From: an uncultured Acidobacteriota bacterium
GTDB taxonomy: Bacteria; Acidobacteriota; Thermoanaerobaculia; UBA5066; Gp7-AA6
Assembly (NCBI GenBank): GCA_963708395.1
Contig: CAVPSG010000002.1
Span: forward strand, 1,167-65,166
DNA: 64,000 nucleotides
Direction of reading: 5' to 3'
The notes under the pieces are model-generated. The model was not told where the DNA came from. It did not search any database and saw only the letters and a program-made list of their open reading frames with translations. The translations under genes were made by a program, and so were the position numbers. Shown here one piece after another: positions 27,293 through 36,939 of the stretch (position 1 is its first letter; each line of letters opens with the position of its first letter).

Positions 27293-29112
27293 CTAAGTCA
27301 TGGAGCCACACCGCACTTGCGAGGAGATAGCCCGCTGAGAATCCTCGTCCGCCAGCCCGAATTCCTGCGACGTAAAACTTGGAAGCGACGGGCACGGTTG
27401 GATCATGCCAACGCCGTGGTGCCGCGTGCCATCGCGTTTTTGCACAAGCTCGCCCGTCCAGTAGACGTTGCACCCGCCGGGCAACATAAACGGATTCACC
27501 ACGCCGATCGTGCCCCACCTCGGCTCGCCGACGATGTCGCCAAGTCGATTCCCTCGACCATGCCGAGTAGGGTCTCCTCGTTGCTGATGTCGCCTCCGTA
27601 CGACAAGAAAAGTGAGTCGCGCCGAGAGTCGCGGTGTCGCAGGCGCAACGGTCCACGAATCGTCAGACGAATCCGACGTGCTCGTAGTTCGGTAGCGTGA
27701 CCACCGGAATCATGAAGCGTGGCGAATGGTTCAGCGTGTCGCTGAAATGCGAAATGAGCCTGAGCGCGTTCCAGCGTGTGCGCCCGCGCATGTCGAATAT
27801 GACAGCGGTTGCGCGTTGCACTCGCGGTATGAGGCCGTCGGCGATGGCCGACGTGTTGCGGCCGAGGTCCACGTACAACACGCCCGGCGCGACCTCCGCA
27901 ATTGAATCGACCTTCGGATTGACTGCGACCTTCGGCGCTTCTGAGAGACTCACGTCGCGCGAGAGACTGACATCACGTGTCGCGCCGCTCGCCGCGCGGA
28001 CGCGGAGCTCCGCACGGGCTTGGGAACTGCCTGCGAGCAGCCGTTGAAGCGCAAGCGTTCGAATCCATTGTGGCGTTGCACCGGAAATGCGGCCGGTTCG
28101 CTCGGCGAGGTACGTCTCGATTGCATCCCCCTCGACGGAGATCACTTCGTCGCCAACCTGGAGCCCGCTCGCGGCGGCCGACCGTCCAATCGCTGTGACG
28201 AGCACGCGGCCTTCGGCCCAACCGAAGCGGACGTCGGGAGTCGACGGCATCGGCGATGGGCGGATAAAGCCATGCCCGTCGTGCAGTGCTGCGAAAAGCC
28301 GCTCCAGCGTCGCTTGAAATGCAACGCCATCGGCGTCGGTCGCGGCGGAGCGCAGCGCGGTGTCGAGCGCCGACGGCCAATCAGTGTGGACGACGTCGAA
28401 ATAGGGATAGAAATGCTTGAAGAGCGACCATGCGAGTGCGACGTCGGCGAGCCGCGTCGCGCGATCGTTCCCCGTGAAGCCTTCAACGACGCCCGACGGG
28501 TTCGGCACGCGCAACGCTTCCTCGACGGCGCTCGCGTGGGTAAACAAAGCGATCGGCATGTCATCGACACGCCGCCGCCGAGTGCGACGATCATCGGATG
28601 CGATGGGTCGGGAACCGGCGGCAGCGAGAGGGCGGGGACCTCGTCCTGGAACGCGATTGGATGTCCAATCTCGCTGAGCGGAGCAACGACTCGCTCGCTT
28701 CGATACCGTCCAGGCACAGCACTGCCGCCACTCGGCGCACCGACGCCGAGGTGTCTCCAGAACACGACGTGCGTTGCATCGTCGGGTTTTTGTAGTGTCG
28801 TCGGCAGCGGAACGCCGGTTCGCGCAAACCGCACGTTCGAGGTGATCGGCGCGAATACGGACGAGAGAGCCGTCGCCAAACTGTCGGCCGACGTCGCGCT
28901 CGCGATGGCGCGGATGCCGCGCACCGGAACGCATCCCAGTTCACGCTCACTGCTGCGTCGGTCGGGTGGAAGAAGCGGATGTAGCCGAGCGCGTTGGCAA
29001 ACGCCGTGACGTTGCCGAGCTCGCGCGGAGTGAGCGCGCGCGACGGCGCAGTCTCCGTGCAGGCGACTGCGTGGAACGCCGATGCCAAGGCTAGGATCTG
29101 ATGTCGGTTCAT
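27293..29112 (-). pseudogene. S41 family peptidase lipoprotein, multiple frameshifts
   Basis: Fragments AVAC…LGYIRFFHPTD, RLADVALAWSLFKHFYPYFD, LHDGHG, PDVRF, VIFDMRG, and GVVNPFMLPGG…HHGVGMIQP. Confidence 0.8.
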
Positions 29113-29299
29113 ACGAGCGTGGGGCGATTTCAGGCTCGTCTCGATTGGCAGACGGATGCTAAGTCAAACCATCAAAGGCTGCAAGAAGCGCAGTATGCCT
29201 CACATCTCTAATTAGACATCCAAGATATTACAGCAAGGCGTGCAGCTACGCAGACTACCGAATAGCTGCCTTTCCGCGGCTGCCGCTCGAAAACGGGAA

Positions 29300-29334
29300 C
29301 GGGGCGGCGGGCGCTGAAAGCGCCCGCCGCCCCG
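29300..29334 (-). terminator. Intrinsic terminator of the S9 peptidase gene
   Basis: Perfect 16-bp stem cggggcggcgggcgct-gaa-agcgcccgccgccccg, followed on the minus strand by ttcccgtttt. Confidence 0.75.
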
Positions 29335-29356
29335 CTGACCTTCCCGACCGAGCGGC

Positions 29357-31428
29357 CTACTGCGGCTGCAACGAAGTCGTCGTCACCGCACTCGCCGGCA
29401 TCGTCCCGTACTTCGTCGAACCAACTTCGCAAATAGAGCTGCGTCCGGAGCCAGTTCGACGGCGTCGACGACGTCCCGTGGAATTCGTTGTTTACCCGGA
29501 TCATCGCCGTCGGCACGCCCTTATCTTGAGCGCGCGATAGTACTCCTCGATCTGCGGAATCGGCGTCCGAAGATCCAGCACGCCCGTCATCAGCAGCGTC
29601 GGCGTCTTCACGCTGCCGACGTACATGATCGGCGAGCGCCGCAGAGTATTCGCACGGATCCTCCCAGAACGGCCGCTCGAAGTTCTGATACCACCCCGCG
29701 CCGTCCGTCTCACCCACGAAGCTGATCCAGTCGATCACGGGGCAGAGCGCCGCCGCCGCCGCGAAGCGCGTCGTGTGGCCGACCGTCCAACTCGTCAGCA
29801 CGCCGCCGCCGGAGCAGCCGAACACGAACATGTTCTTCGTGTCGATGTAGCCGCGGCCCACCACGGTGTCGACGCCCGCCATCAGATCGTCGAAATCCTT
29901 GCCGGGATACGCGTTCTTGATCTCGTTCGTGAACTTCTCGCCGTAGCCCGTCGAGCCGCGCGGGTTCGTGTAGAGAATCACGTAGTTGTTCGCCGCGTGA
30001 TCCTGGCGCGCGAAGTTGAACGCGACGTTGTACATGCTCTGCGGGCCGCCGTGAATCTCGAGCATCAGCGGATACTTCTTGCTCGGATCAAAGCCCGGCG
30101 GCTTCACGATCCAACCCTGGATCTTGAGATTGTCCTTCGACGTGTACCAGATCTCTTCCGTCTGCGCGAGCTCTTTGCCCTGGAGCACGTCGTCGTTGAC
30201 GGCGGTGACCTGATTGAACGTCGACACCGTGCCGGTCTTCGGCACCATGAACGTCACGACGTCGTTGGGCTTCGTGGGCGTGCTGTTGAACGCCGACCGC
30301 GAGCCCGGTCTTGCCCACGCCGCTCACCGTGAGCACGTGCTTGCCCGCCGTGATCGGGTGGAACTGGCCCGTGGTCGTGGCGAAGTAGAGATCCTTCGAC
30401 CCCTCGTGCTCCACGTTGAAGTAGATGCCCGTGTTGTCCTCGGCCCAGGTGACGCCCGAGATCGGACGATCGAGGGTGCCACTGACGGAGTGCGCGCTCG
30501 AGCCGTCGGCGTTCATGACCCAGAGCTTCGTCTCCGCCCACGCCGAGTGGTCGACGGAGTCCGCGGACATGAAGGCGATGAAGCGGCCGTCGGGCGAGTA
30601 CTCGGGATTGCCGCTCGTGCCGGCGCGACGCGATGAGCTGCTTGATCTCGCCGGTCGCGAGGCTCACCGCATAGATGTTCGACTGACGGAACTTCGCCTC
30701 GGCGTCCGGCTCGCGAAGCGATGAGAACGCAATCGACTTGCTGTCGGCGGACCACGACGGGGCCGAGTGGTTCCACTCGCCGTTCGTGATCTGGCGCGCG
30801 GTGCCGCCGTCGGCCGGAATGACGAAGATGTGCCGATACGCTTCGTCCGTGTAGCCGACGCGATCGGAGCGATAGTTGAGCCGAGTGACGACCTTGGGCG
30901 ACTCGGTCCACTTCGCGCCCTTGGGCGGCGTCGGCATGTTGATGCGCAGGAAGTTGTCGCGCGCCGGCGACGTTCATCGTGAACGCGATCGACTTGCCGT
31001 CCGGCGACCATTCGAGACCCGTCGGCGACTATCGGTCAGATGCGAGATCTGAGTGACGGCGCCCTCGGCGTCCATGTAGCGGACGAAGATCTGCGTGTCC
31101 GCTCGGCTCACCCTTGGCGATGTACGCGATGCGCTTGCCGTCGGGCGACCAATGCACGTCGCCGCCCTGCACGAGCTGGCGCTGGTGCGTGCCGTCCGCG
31201 TCCATCAGCCAGATGGACGACTCCCAGCGGTCGTTCATCTTGTCCACCCACCGCCGGCCGAAGAGGATCTGCGTGCCGTCGGGTGAGAGCTGGGGATTCG
31301 AGACTTCTTCCCAGTCGAGGTATTGCTCGAGCTGCACGCGATTCTGCCGGGCGCTGCTGAGCGGTGAGCGGCGCGAGCGAGACGCTGAGGAGAGACAGCG
31401 TCACGCTGGTAAAACGAAGGGCGCGCAT
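29357..31428 (-). CDS. S9 family (dipeptidyl/acylaminoacyl) peptidase, several frameshifts
   Basis: Signal peptide, SPDG propeller repeats, IQGWIVKPPGFDPSKKYPLMLEIHGGP, nucleophile motif GCSGGG, GVLDLRTP, and NNEFHG. Confidence 0.9.
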
Positions 31429-31704
31429 GAGGCCTCCGGGGGCAAGGGGCGCGAGGTGCTTCAATAGTGTAGGACGCTGGCCGGGGCGGGAAGAGGCACC
31501 AAGGTCCAGACCGCCACGAGCGGATGGACGGCTCTCGAGGCGCGTCGCGAGTCGATCTAAGCGTTGCGCGGGCCGCGGAGAGCCACGCTCCCCGCACAGA
31601 CATCGAGCCCTCACCTCGCTTTCACGAAATCGTAATCCCGGGCATGTTCCGCGAGGTGGGTGGGTCCCTAAGCTGGAGGCATCCACCCACCCATGGATGA
31701 TCCG

Positions 31705-33415
31705 ATGCGCGCGCGTGGTTGGTTGATCGGCGTCTTGGCGATCGTGATTCCGGCGATAGCCCAAGCGCAGTTGAGGGGGATCATTCGTGACGGCCCAACG
31801 CAGGCCGGCCTCGGCGGCGCTGTCGTCACGGTGCTGGACGCCGCGGGGGCGACGACCGCCCGCGCGATCACTGGCGCCGACGGACGCTTCACGATCGCGA
31901 GCGACAGCCGGCGCGGCGAGCGTTCGCGTCACGCGCATCGGGTACCGGCCGGTCAACGCGCCGCTTCCGGCGGCGGGGAAGCCGCTCGATCTGACCATGG
32001 ATCGCATTCCTCCGATGCTCAACGCGGTCAAGGTCACCGACAGCGAGCTCTGTCCGGGATCGGCCGATCGCGGCAGCGCGTTCGATCTCTGGGATCAGGC
32101 GCGCGCGGGCCTGCTCTCGGCGGTCGTCGCGCGCGAGCTCAGGCCGGCGCAGGCAAAGATGGTGATGTACGAGAGTCGTCTCGCACCGAACGACGAGCGC
32201 GTTCGAAGCCAGACGAAGAAAATTTCCTCCGGCCGAACGACGCGTCCCTTCATCGCGTCGCAGACGCCGATCTACTTCGCTCGGCACGGCTATATCCTCG
32301 ACGATCCGTCGGTGCGGATCTACAACGCGCCGGACGCGGATGTGCTGCTCGACGAGTCGTTCGCAACGACGCACTGCTTCCACGTGCAGCGCGCCGACGC
32401 CGAGCATCCGGGGCAGATCGGCCTCGCGTTTTCGCCGTCCCCGGGGCGCGATACGATTCCGGACGTCACGGGTGTGATCTGGATGGATGCGTCGGTCCCG
32501 CAGCTGCGGTCGCTCGACTTTCTCTACACGGCGCTCGAGCGGGCGGCCATCTCGGCGAAGACCGGCGGCCACATCGAGTTTCGGTCGATGCCGAATGGCG
32601 TGTCGTTCATCGAGCGGTGGCATCTGCGTCTTCCGACGCTCGAGATCCAGCCGCTGACCGCAAGCGCCAGCCGCGCGCCGCAAGACCAGCTTCGGCCGGT
32701 GTCGCGCCAACAGCGAACGGACTATCGAGTTCACGAGATCGTGGAAGCCGGCGGAATCGTCCTCGAGGCGAAGTGGGACGACAGCACGAAGTTCACCGAC
32801 ACTCCCGCGATCGTGCGCGGCACCGTGACGCAGCGTCGGACGAAGGCTCCGGTCGCAAATGCCGTCGTCACGCTGGTCGGGACGCCGGACACGGTGCTGA
32901 CGAACGCCGCCGGCGAGTTCGAGATCGCCGCCATCCCGGGGAAGTACAGTCTGTCGGCGCGCGACACGGCGCTCAAGTCGTATGTCCAGTCGCGCATCGT
33001 GAGCCAATCAGTGGATGCGATTCGCGCACAAACGACGATGGCGCAGATCGAGCTGGCGCCGATCGCCGACGTCATCGAGGACATCTGTCACGACATCCGC
33101 GTCAGCGACAGCACGGTGGTGCTGCTGGGTCACGTATTCGCTCCGGACCGTCCGCGCATTCCGAACGGTTCGGTCGCATCGACGTGGCAGGAGTACTTTC
33201 TCGCGGGCGCGAAGGAGATCGCAATTCGCGGCGTGCGGCGCGACTCCGACGTCGACGATGAGGGTCGCTTCGTTGTATGCGCGGTCAAGCTCCACCAGCC
33301 GGTCAAGCTTCGGCTCACGTCGGGCAAGGAGGTTCTGGCCGACACGACGATCCGGCTCGATCGCACGGACCTCACGCAGCCGTTCGAGTGGCGCATTGCG
33401 CCGAAGCCTCGGTAA
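31705..33415 (+). CDS. Exported protein with carboxypeptidase-regulatory-like domains; frameshift at ~31920
   Basis: AQAQLRGIIRDG…AVVTVLD…TGADGRF joins SVRVTRIGYRP. A second VRGTVTQ…TNAAGEF domain follows. Confidence 0.75.
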
Positions 33416-33431
33416 CCTGCATACCAAGTGC

Positions 33432-33461
33432 GCTGATCCCGAGCGCAGCGAGGGATCTGCA
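33432..33461 (+). repeat. Degenerate GTCATCC-type REP at the 3' end of the GIY-YIG gene
   Basis: gctgatcccgagcgcagcgagggatctgca. The core is identical to the other copies but the tag is altered (gctgatcc instead of gtcatcc). Confidence 0.88.
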
Positions 33462-33754
33462 ATTCCCCCGTCGTTACGCCAATCCTCGGACAGATCTATC
33501 CACGTCGGATTGACGGACGTGATGAGCGCGATTCGTTTCGCCCGCGTCCACGATTTGATCTGCTTTTCCGCTCGAATGCCGTCGAGTGGGTTGCTAAACA
33601 TCGTGTAATAGACGAGACGGTGGACGTGGTATCGTGTCGTGAATGCGCTCCAGCCCGAGCGGTGCTGCTCTAGGCGCACTTCGAGGTTGTTCGTGAAATC
33701 GGTGTACAGGGTTCTCGACCGACTCGCGAGGATGTAGACGTAGAACGTTCGCAT
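33434..33754 (-). CDS. Small stand-alone GIY-YIG nuclease (UPF0213-like), REP-flanked, possibly degenerate
   Basis: MRTFYVYILASRSRTLYTDFTNNLEVRLEQH…FTTRYHVHRLVYY…AEKQIKSWTRAKRIALI…NPTWIDLS. The expected stop at 33434-33436 reads TCA, so the ORF runs on to 33008. Confidence 0.88.
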
Positions 33755-33818
33755 GCGCGCACGCTGCGTACAAAGGACGCTGGTGCGTGATCGAACGATT
33801 GCGAGGCGTGCGCTTGAG

Positions 33819-33896
33819 TTGCAGATCCCTCGCTGCGCTCGGGATGACAGCGGATGACAACGGGATTGCAGATCCCTCGCTGCGCTCGGGATGACA
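33819..33896 (-). repeat. Two direct tandem GTCATCC-type REPs upstream of the GIY-YIG gene
   Basis: ttgcagatccctcgctgcgctcgggatgaca occurs at 33819-33849 and 33866-33896, with an extra ggatgaca between them. Confidence 0.95.
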
Positions 33897-33902
33897 AGGG
33901 GG

Positions 33903-36341
33903 CTAGGTCCGCCGAAGCGCCTGCACGGGATCGACGCCGAGCGCGCGTCGCGCAGGAAGCAGACACGCTGCCGCCGCGATCGTGACGAGCAGCGCCGCGA
34001 CGCCGACGAAAGTGAGCGCGTCGCTCGGCGGCGTGTTGTAGAGAAGGCCGCGCATCAACTTCGTGACGGCCAGCGACGTGCCGACGCCCGCCACGAGGCC
34101 GGCGGCCACCAGCCCCAACCCCTGGCGCATCACGAGCCACACCACCGACCCGCCGTCTGCGCCGAGCGCGACGCGGATGCCGATCTCGGTGAGTCGCTGA
34201 TTCACGGTGTAGGCGATGACGCCCGCGAGGCCGGCGGCGGTGATGATGAGCGCGAGCAGCGCGAATGACGTCAGCAGCGCCGTCGTCACGCGCGGCTCCG
34301 AGAGGCGAGTGCCGCGCACTTGGTCGAGGGTCTGGATCGACACGACGGGCTGACGCGGATCGAGCTCGCGAACGGCGTTACGAATCGCCGCGCCCATCGG
34401 CGACGGGTCGTTCGTCGTCCGTACGAGAACGCGAAAGTCACTGGACGGGCTGACGAAATACGGGATGTAGATCTCGTCGGTGATGTCTTGCGACAGGCTA
34501 TTTTGATGGACGTCGCCAACGATGCCGACGACGGTCAGCCAGCGCCGGCCGCCGTCGATCGAGAGCTGTTGGCCAACGGCGTCGCCCTTCGGCCAATTGG
34601 TCGCGGCAAGCCGCTGGCCGATGACGGTCGACACGTTCGACGTGTCGCGATCTGCGTCGGAGAAGGAGCGGCCGAGAAGCACCGGGACGCCGATGGTCTT
34701 GAAGTAGTCGCCGCTCACGAGCGTCACGTCGCTCTTCGGCAGGCGATCGGCCGCGACGTCCTGGCCGCGAATCTGGAATGGCTGCGTCCCGGGCTGGCCC
34801 GCGTTCAGCGGAAAATCGGTCGATAGCGCGACCGACGTCACACCGGGTTGCTGCGCGATCCGTTGATAGAGTCGGTCGGCGAATGAACGAATGAGCGGAC
34901 GCTGGTCGGTGGTGACCGACGGATTCGAGTAACGCGTCCAATCGAGATCGACGCGTGCCGTGAGCACGTTCGACACGACATAGCCGCCGTCGACGCGTTG
35001 AAGCTTCACGAGGCTCCGGACCATGAGGCCCGCGCCAACGAGCAAGACGAATGCGATGCCGACCTGCACGCCGACGAGAATGCCGCGCGCTCGGCCGTCG
35101 CCGCGTGTCGACGTCGCCGTGGTGCTTCCGGCGCGGAGTGCGTCGGCGAGCGAGCCGGTTCGGCGCCGCATCGGCATCACGGCCGCCGCGAGCCCGACAA
35201 TGATGCTGACGACGAACGCAAACGCGAGCACGGTCGGATCGATCGCGATCTCGTTGGCGCGGGGCGTGACGCGGGTCGCGAGGCTTCGCAGGAGTCCGAG
35301 ACCGCTGTATGCGATCCCGACGCCGAGCAGTCCGCCGGTGAGGCTGACGCAGAGACTTTCGACGGCGAGCTGGCGAAAGATTCGCCCCGCACCAGCGCCG
35401 AGCGCGGCGCGCAAAGCGATCTCACGCTGCCGGCGCAGCTGTCGAGCTAGCGTGAGGTTCGCGAAGTTTGTCATCGCGATGAGCAGCACGAAACCGGCGG
35501 CGGCGAGCAGTGTGAGGAAGAGCGTTCGCGATTGCTGCTGGAGCTCCGTGCTGAGCGGCGTGAGCGCGACGTCGAGCTTTCTCGCGGCAGGGTAGTTGGC
35601 CGGGTATTCGGCGTGGAGGCGACCCGAGATGGTGGCGAGCTCCGTGCGCGCCTGCTCGATCGTGGCGCCCGGCGCGAGCAGCGCGAACTGCTGGAGCATG
35701 CGTCCATTTCGGAGGTTCATCACGCCGTCACGGAACGGACACGCGCCGGCGGGCATCCAGATGTCGTTGTTGTCCGGATACGTCGGCAGGGGTGGGAGCA
35801 CGCCGATCACGGTGTGCGTCTTGTCGTTCATCGTGAACGTGGTGCCGACCACGCTCGGGTCGCCGCCGAAATGCTCCATCCAGTAGCGGTAGCTGAGCAG
35901 CACGACGGGCGCCGCGCCGACCTCTTCCTCGCCGGGCGCGAAGACGCGGCCATAAATCGGCTTCACGCCGAGCAGCGTGAAGAAGTTGTCGGAGGCGACG
36001 CCGGTCTGGACGCGCTGCGGCTCGCCGCGCCCATACAATTGAAAGGGCATCGAGTGGTACTCCGCGACGGCGGCAAAGCTCTTCGTCTGCGCGCGGTAGT
36101 CCTTGATCTCGGGTACGGAGAAGCGACTGTCCGGTCGAGTCGCGGACGGCTGCGTCACGTGGACGAGTCGCGCGTCGCCGGCGTAGGGCAGGCGGCGAAG
36201 CAGTACGCCGTGCACCATGCTGAACGCGGCGGTGTTGGCGCCGACACCGAGCGCGATCGTGAGGATCGCCAGGAGGGAGAAGATCGGGGTCGCGCGCAGC
36301 GTTCGCGTCGCGAAGCGAAGGTCCTGCCAGAGGTCGCGCAT
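33903..36341 (-). CDS. ADOP family duplicated ABC permease (MacB/FtsX-like)
   Basis: MRDLWQDLRFATRTLR, LTIALGVGANTAAFS, REIALRAALGAG, EIGIRVALGA and LPARRALGVDPVQALR. Confidence 0.93.
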   Translation of the reverse strand: MRDLWQDLRFATRTLRATPIFSLLAILTIALGVGANTAAFSMVHGVLLRRLPYAGDARLVHVTQPSATRPDSRFSVPEIKDYRAQTKSFAAVAEYHSMPFQLYGRGEPQRVQTGVASDNFFTLLGVKPIYGRVFAPGEEEVGAAPVVLLSYRYWMEHFGGDPSVVGTTFTMNDKTHTVIGVLPPLPTYPDNNDIWMPAGACPFRDGVMNLRNGRMLQQFALLAPGATIEQARTELATISGRLHAEYPANYPAARKLDVALTPLSTELQQQSRTLFLTLLAAAGFVLLIAMTNFANLTLARQLRRQREIALRAALGAGAGRIFRQLAVESLCVSLTGGLLGVGIAYSGLGLLRSLATRVTPRANEIAIDPTVLAFAFVVSIIVGLAAAVMPMRRRTGSLADALRAGSTTATSTRGDGRARGILVGVQVGIAFVLLVGAGLMVRSLVKLQRVDGGYVVSNVLTARVDLDWTRYSNPSVTTDQRPLIRSFADRLYQRIAQQPGVTSVALSTDFPLNAGQPGTQPFQIRGQDVAADRLPKSDVTLVSGDYFKTIGVPVLLGRSFSDADRDTSNVSTVIGQRLAATNWPKGDAVGQQLSIDGGRRWLTVVGIVGDVHQNSLSQDITDEIYIPYFVSPSSDFRVLVRTTNDPSPMGAAIRNAVRELDPRQPVVSIQTLDQVRGTRLSEPRVTTALLTSFALLALIITAAGLAGVIAYTVNQRLTEIGIRVALGADGGSVVWLVMRQGLGLVAAGLVAGVGTSLAVTKLMRGLLYNTPPSDALTFVGVAALLVTIAAAACLLPARRALGVDPVQALRRT

Positions 36342-36440
36342 CGCTCACCATTCACGGGGGTCGCCGGAGAGTACGGCGGCGAGTGTGCGGCCAGGTGTCC
36401 AAAGGGTGCGAGAGCTGTAAAAGAAGTGTGCAAGCTCTGT

Positions 36441-36512
36441 GTCATCCCGAGCGCAGCGAAGGATCTGCAGGCAAGGCGGGAATAGCAGATCCCTCGCTGC
36501 GCTCGGGATGAC
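36441..36512. repeat. Inverted dimer of GTCATCC-type REP
   Basis: gtcatcccgagcgcagcgaaggatctgc…gcagatccctcgctgcgctcgggatgac, followed by an extra ggatgaca. Confidence 0.93.
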
Positions 36513-36544
36513 GGGGATGACAAAGTGGGGACCGAACCCTTATC

Positions 36545-36566
36545 TTCTTTCGACTGTCTAAAGGAA
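36545..36566. promoter_or_regulatory. Possible PadR operator
   Basis: Near-palindrome TTCTTTCGAC-T-GTCTAAAGGAA, 15 bp upstream of the padR start. PadR regulators commonly autoregulate through such sites; the function here is inferred. Confidence 0.4.
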
Positions 36567-36581
36567 CGAGGAACCAATCCC

Positions 36582-36923
36582 ATGGCCTCCTGGCCCACCA
36601 CCGACGTCCTCCAGGGCACGCTCGACATGCTCGTGCTGAAAGCGCTCGAGTTGGGCACGATGCACGGCTGGGGCATCACAGAACGACTCGAGGAAGGGTC
36701 GCGCGGCGTGTTTCAGCTCAACCAGGGCTCGCTCTACCCGGCGCTCTACCGCCTCGAGCGGCAAGGCCTCGTATCGTCCGCCTGGAAAACCACCGAGCAC
36801 AAGCGACGAGCGCGGTACTACGCGCTCACCGCCGCCGGACGAAAGGCGTTGGCCGCCGAGCGACAGAAGTGGGAGCGCCAGTCGGATGCCGTGAACCTCG
36901 TGCTCCGGATGACTCACGCGTGA
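36582..36923 (+). CDS. PadR family transcriptional regulator (ADOP-associated type)
   Basis: DVLQGTLDMLVLKAL, MHGWGI, QGSLYPALYRLE and RRARYYALT. Confidence 0.94.
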   Translation: MASWPTTDVLQGTLDMLVLKALELGTMHGWGITERLEEGSRGVFQLNQGSLYPALYRLERQGLVSSAWKTTEHKRRARYYALTAAGRKALAAERQKWERQSDAVNLVLRMTHA

Positions 36924-36939
36924 TTGGAGATTTCCGCCC

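Noticed and set aside
33008-33433. A 248-aa GIY-YIG fusion protein as given in the ORF track
   Set aside because: The extension is antisense to a real gene and arises only from loss of the REP-encoded TGA.
33819-33896. Direct 31-bp repeats with a short spacer, superficially a mini CRISPR array
   Set aside because: There are only two units, the 16-nt spacer contains part of the repeat, the same unit is dispersed as inverted dimers, and no cas genes are present. These are REPs.
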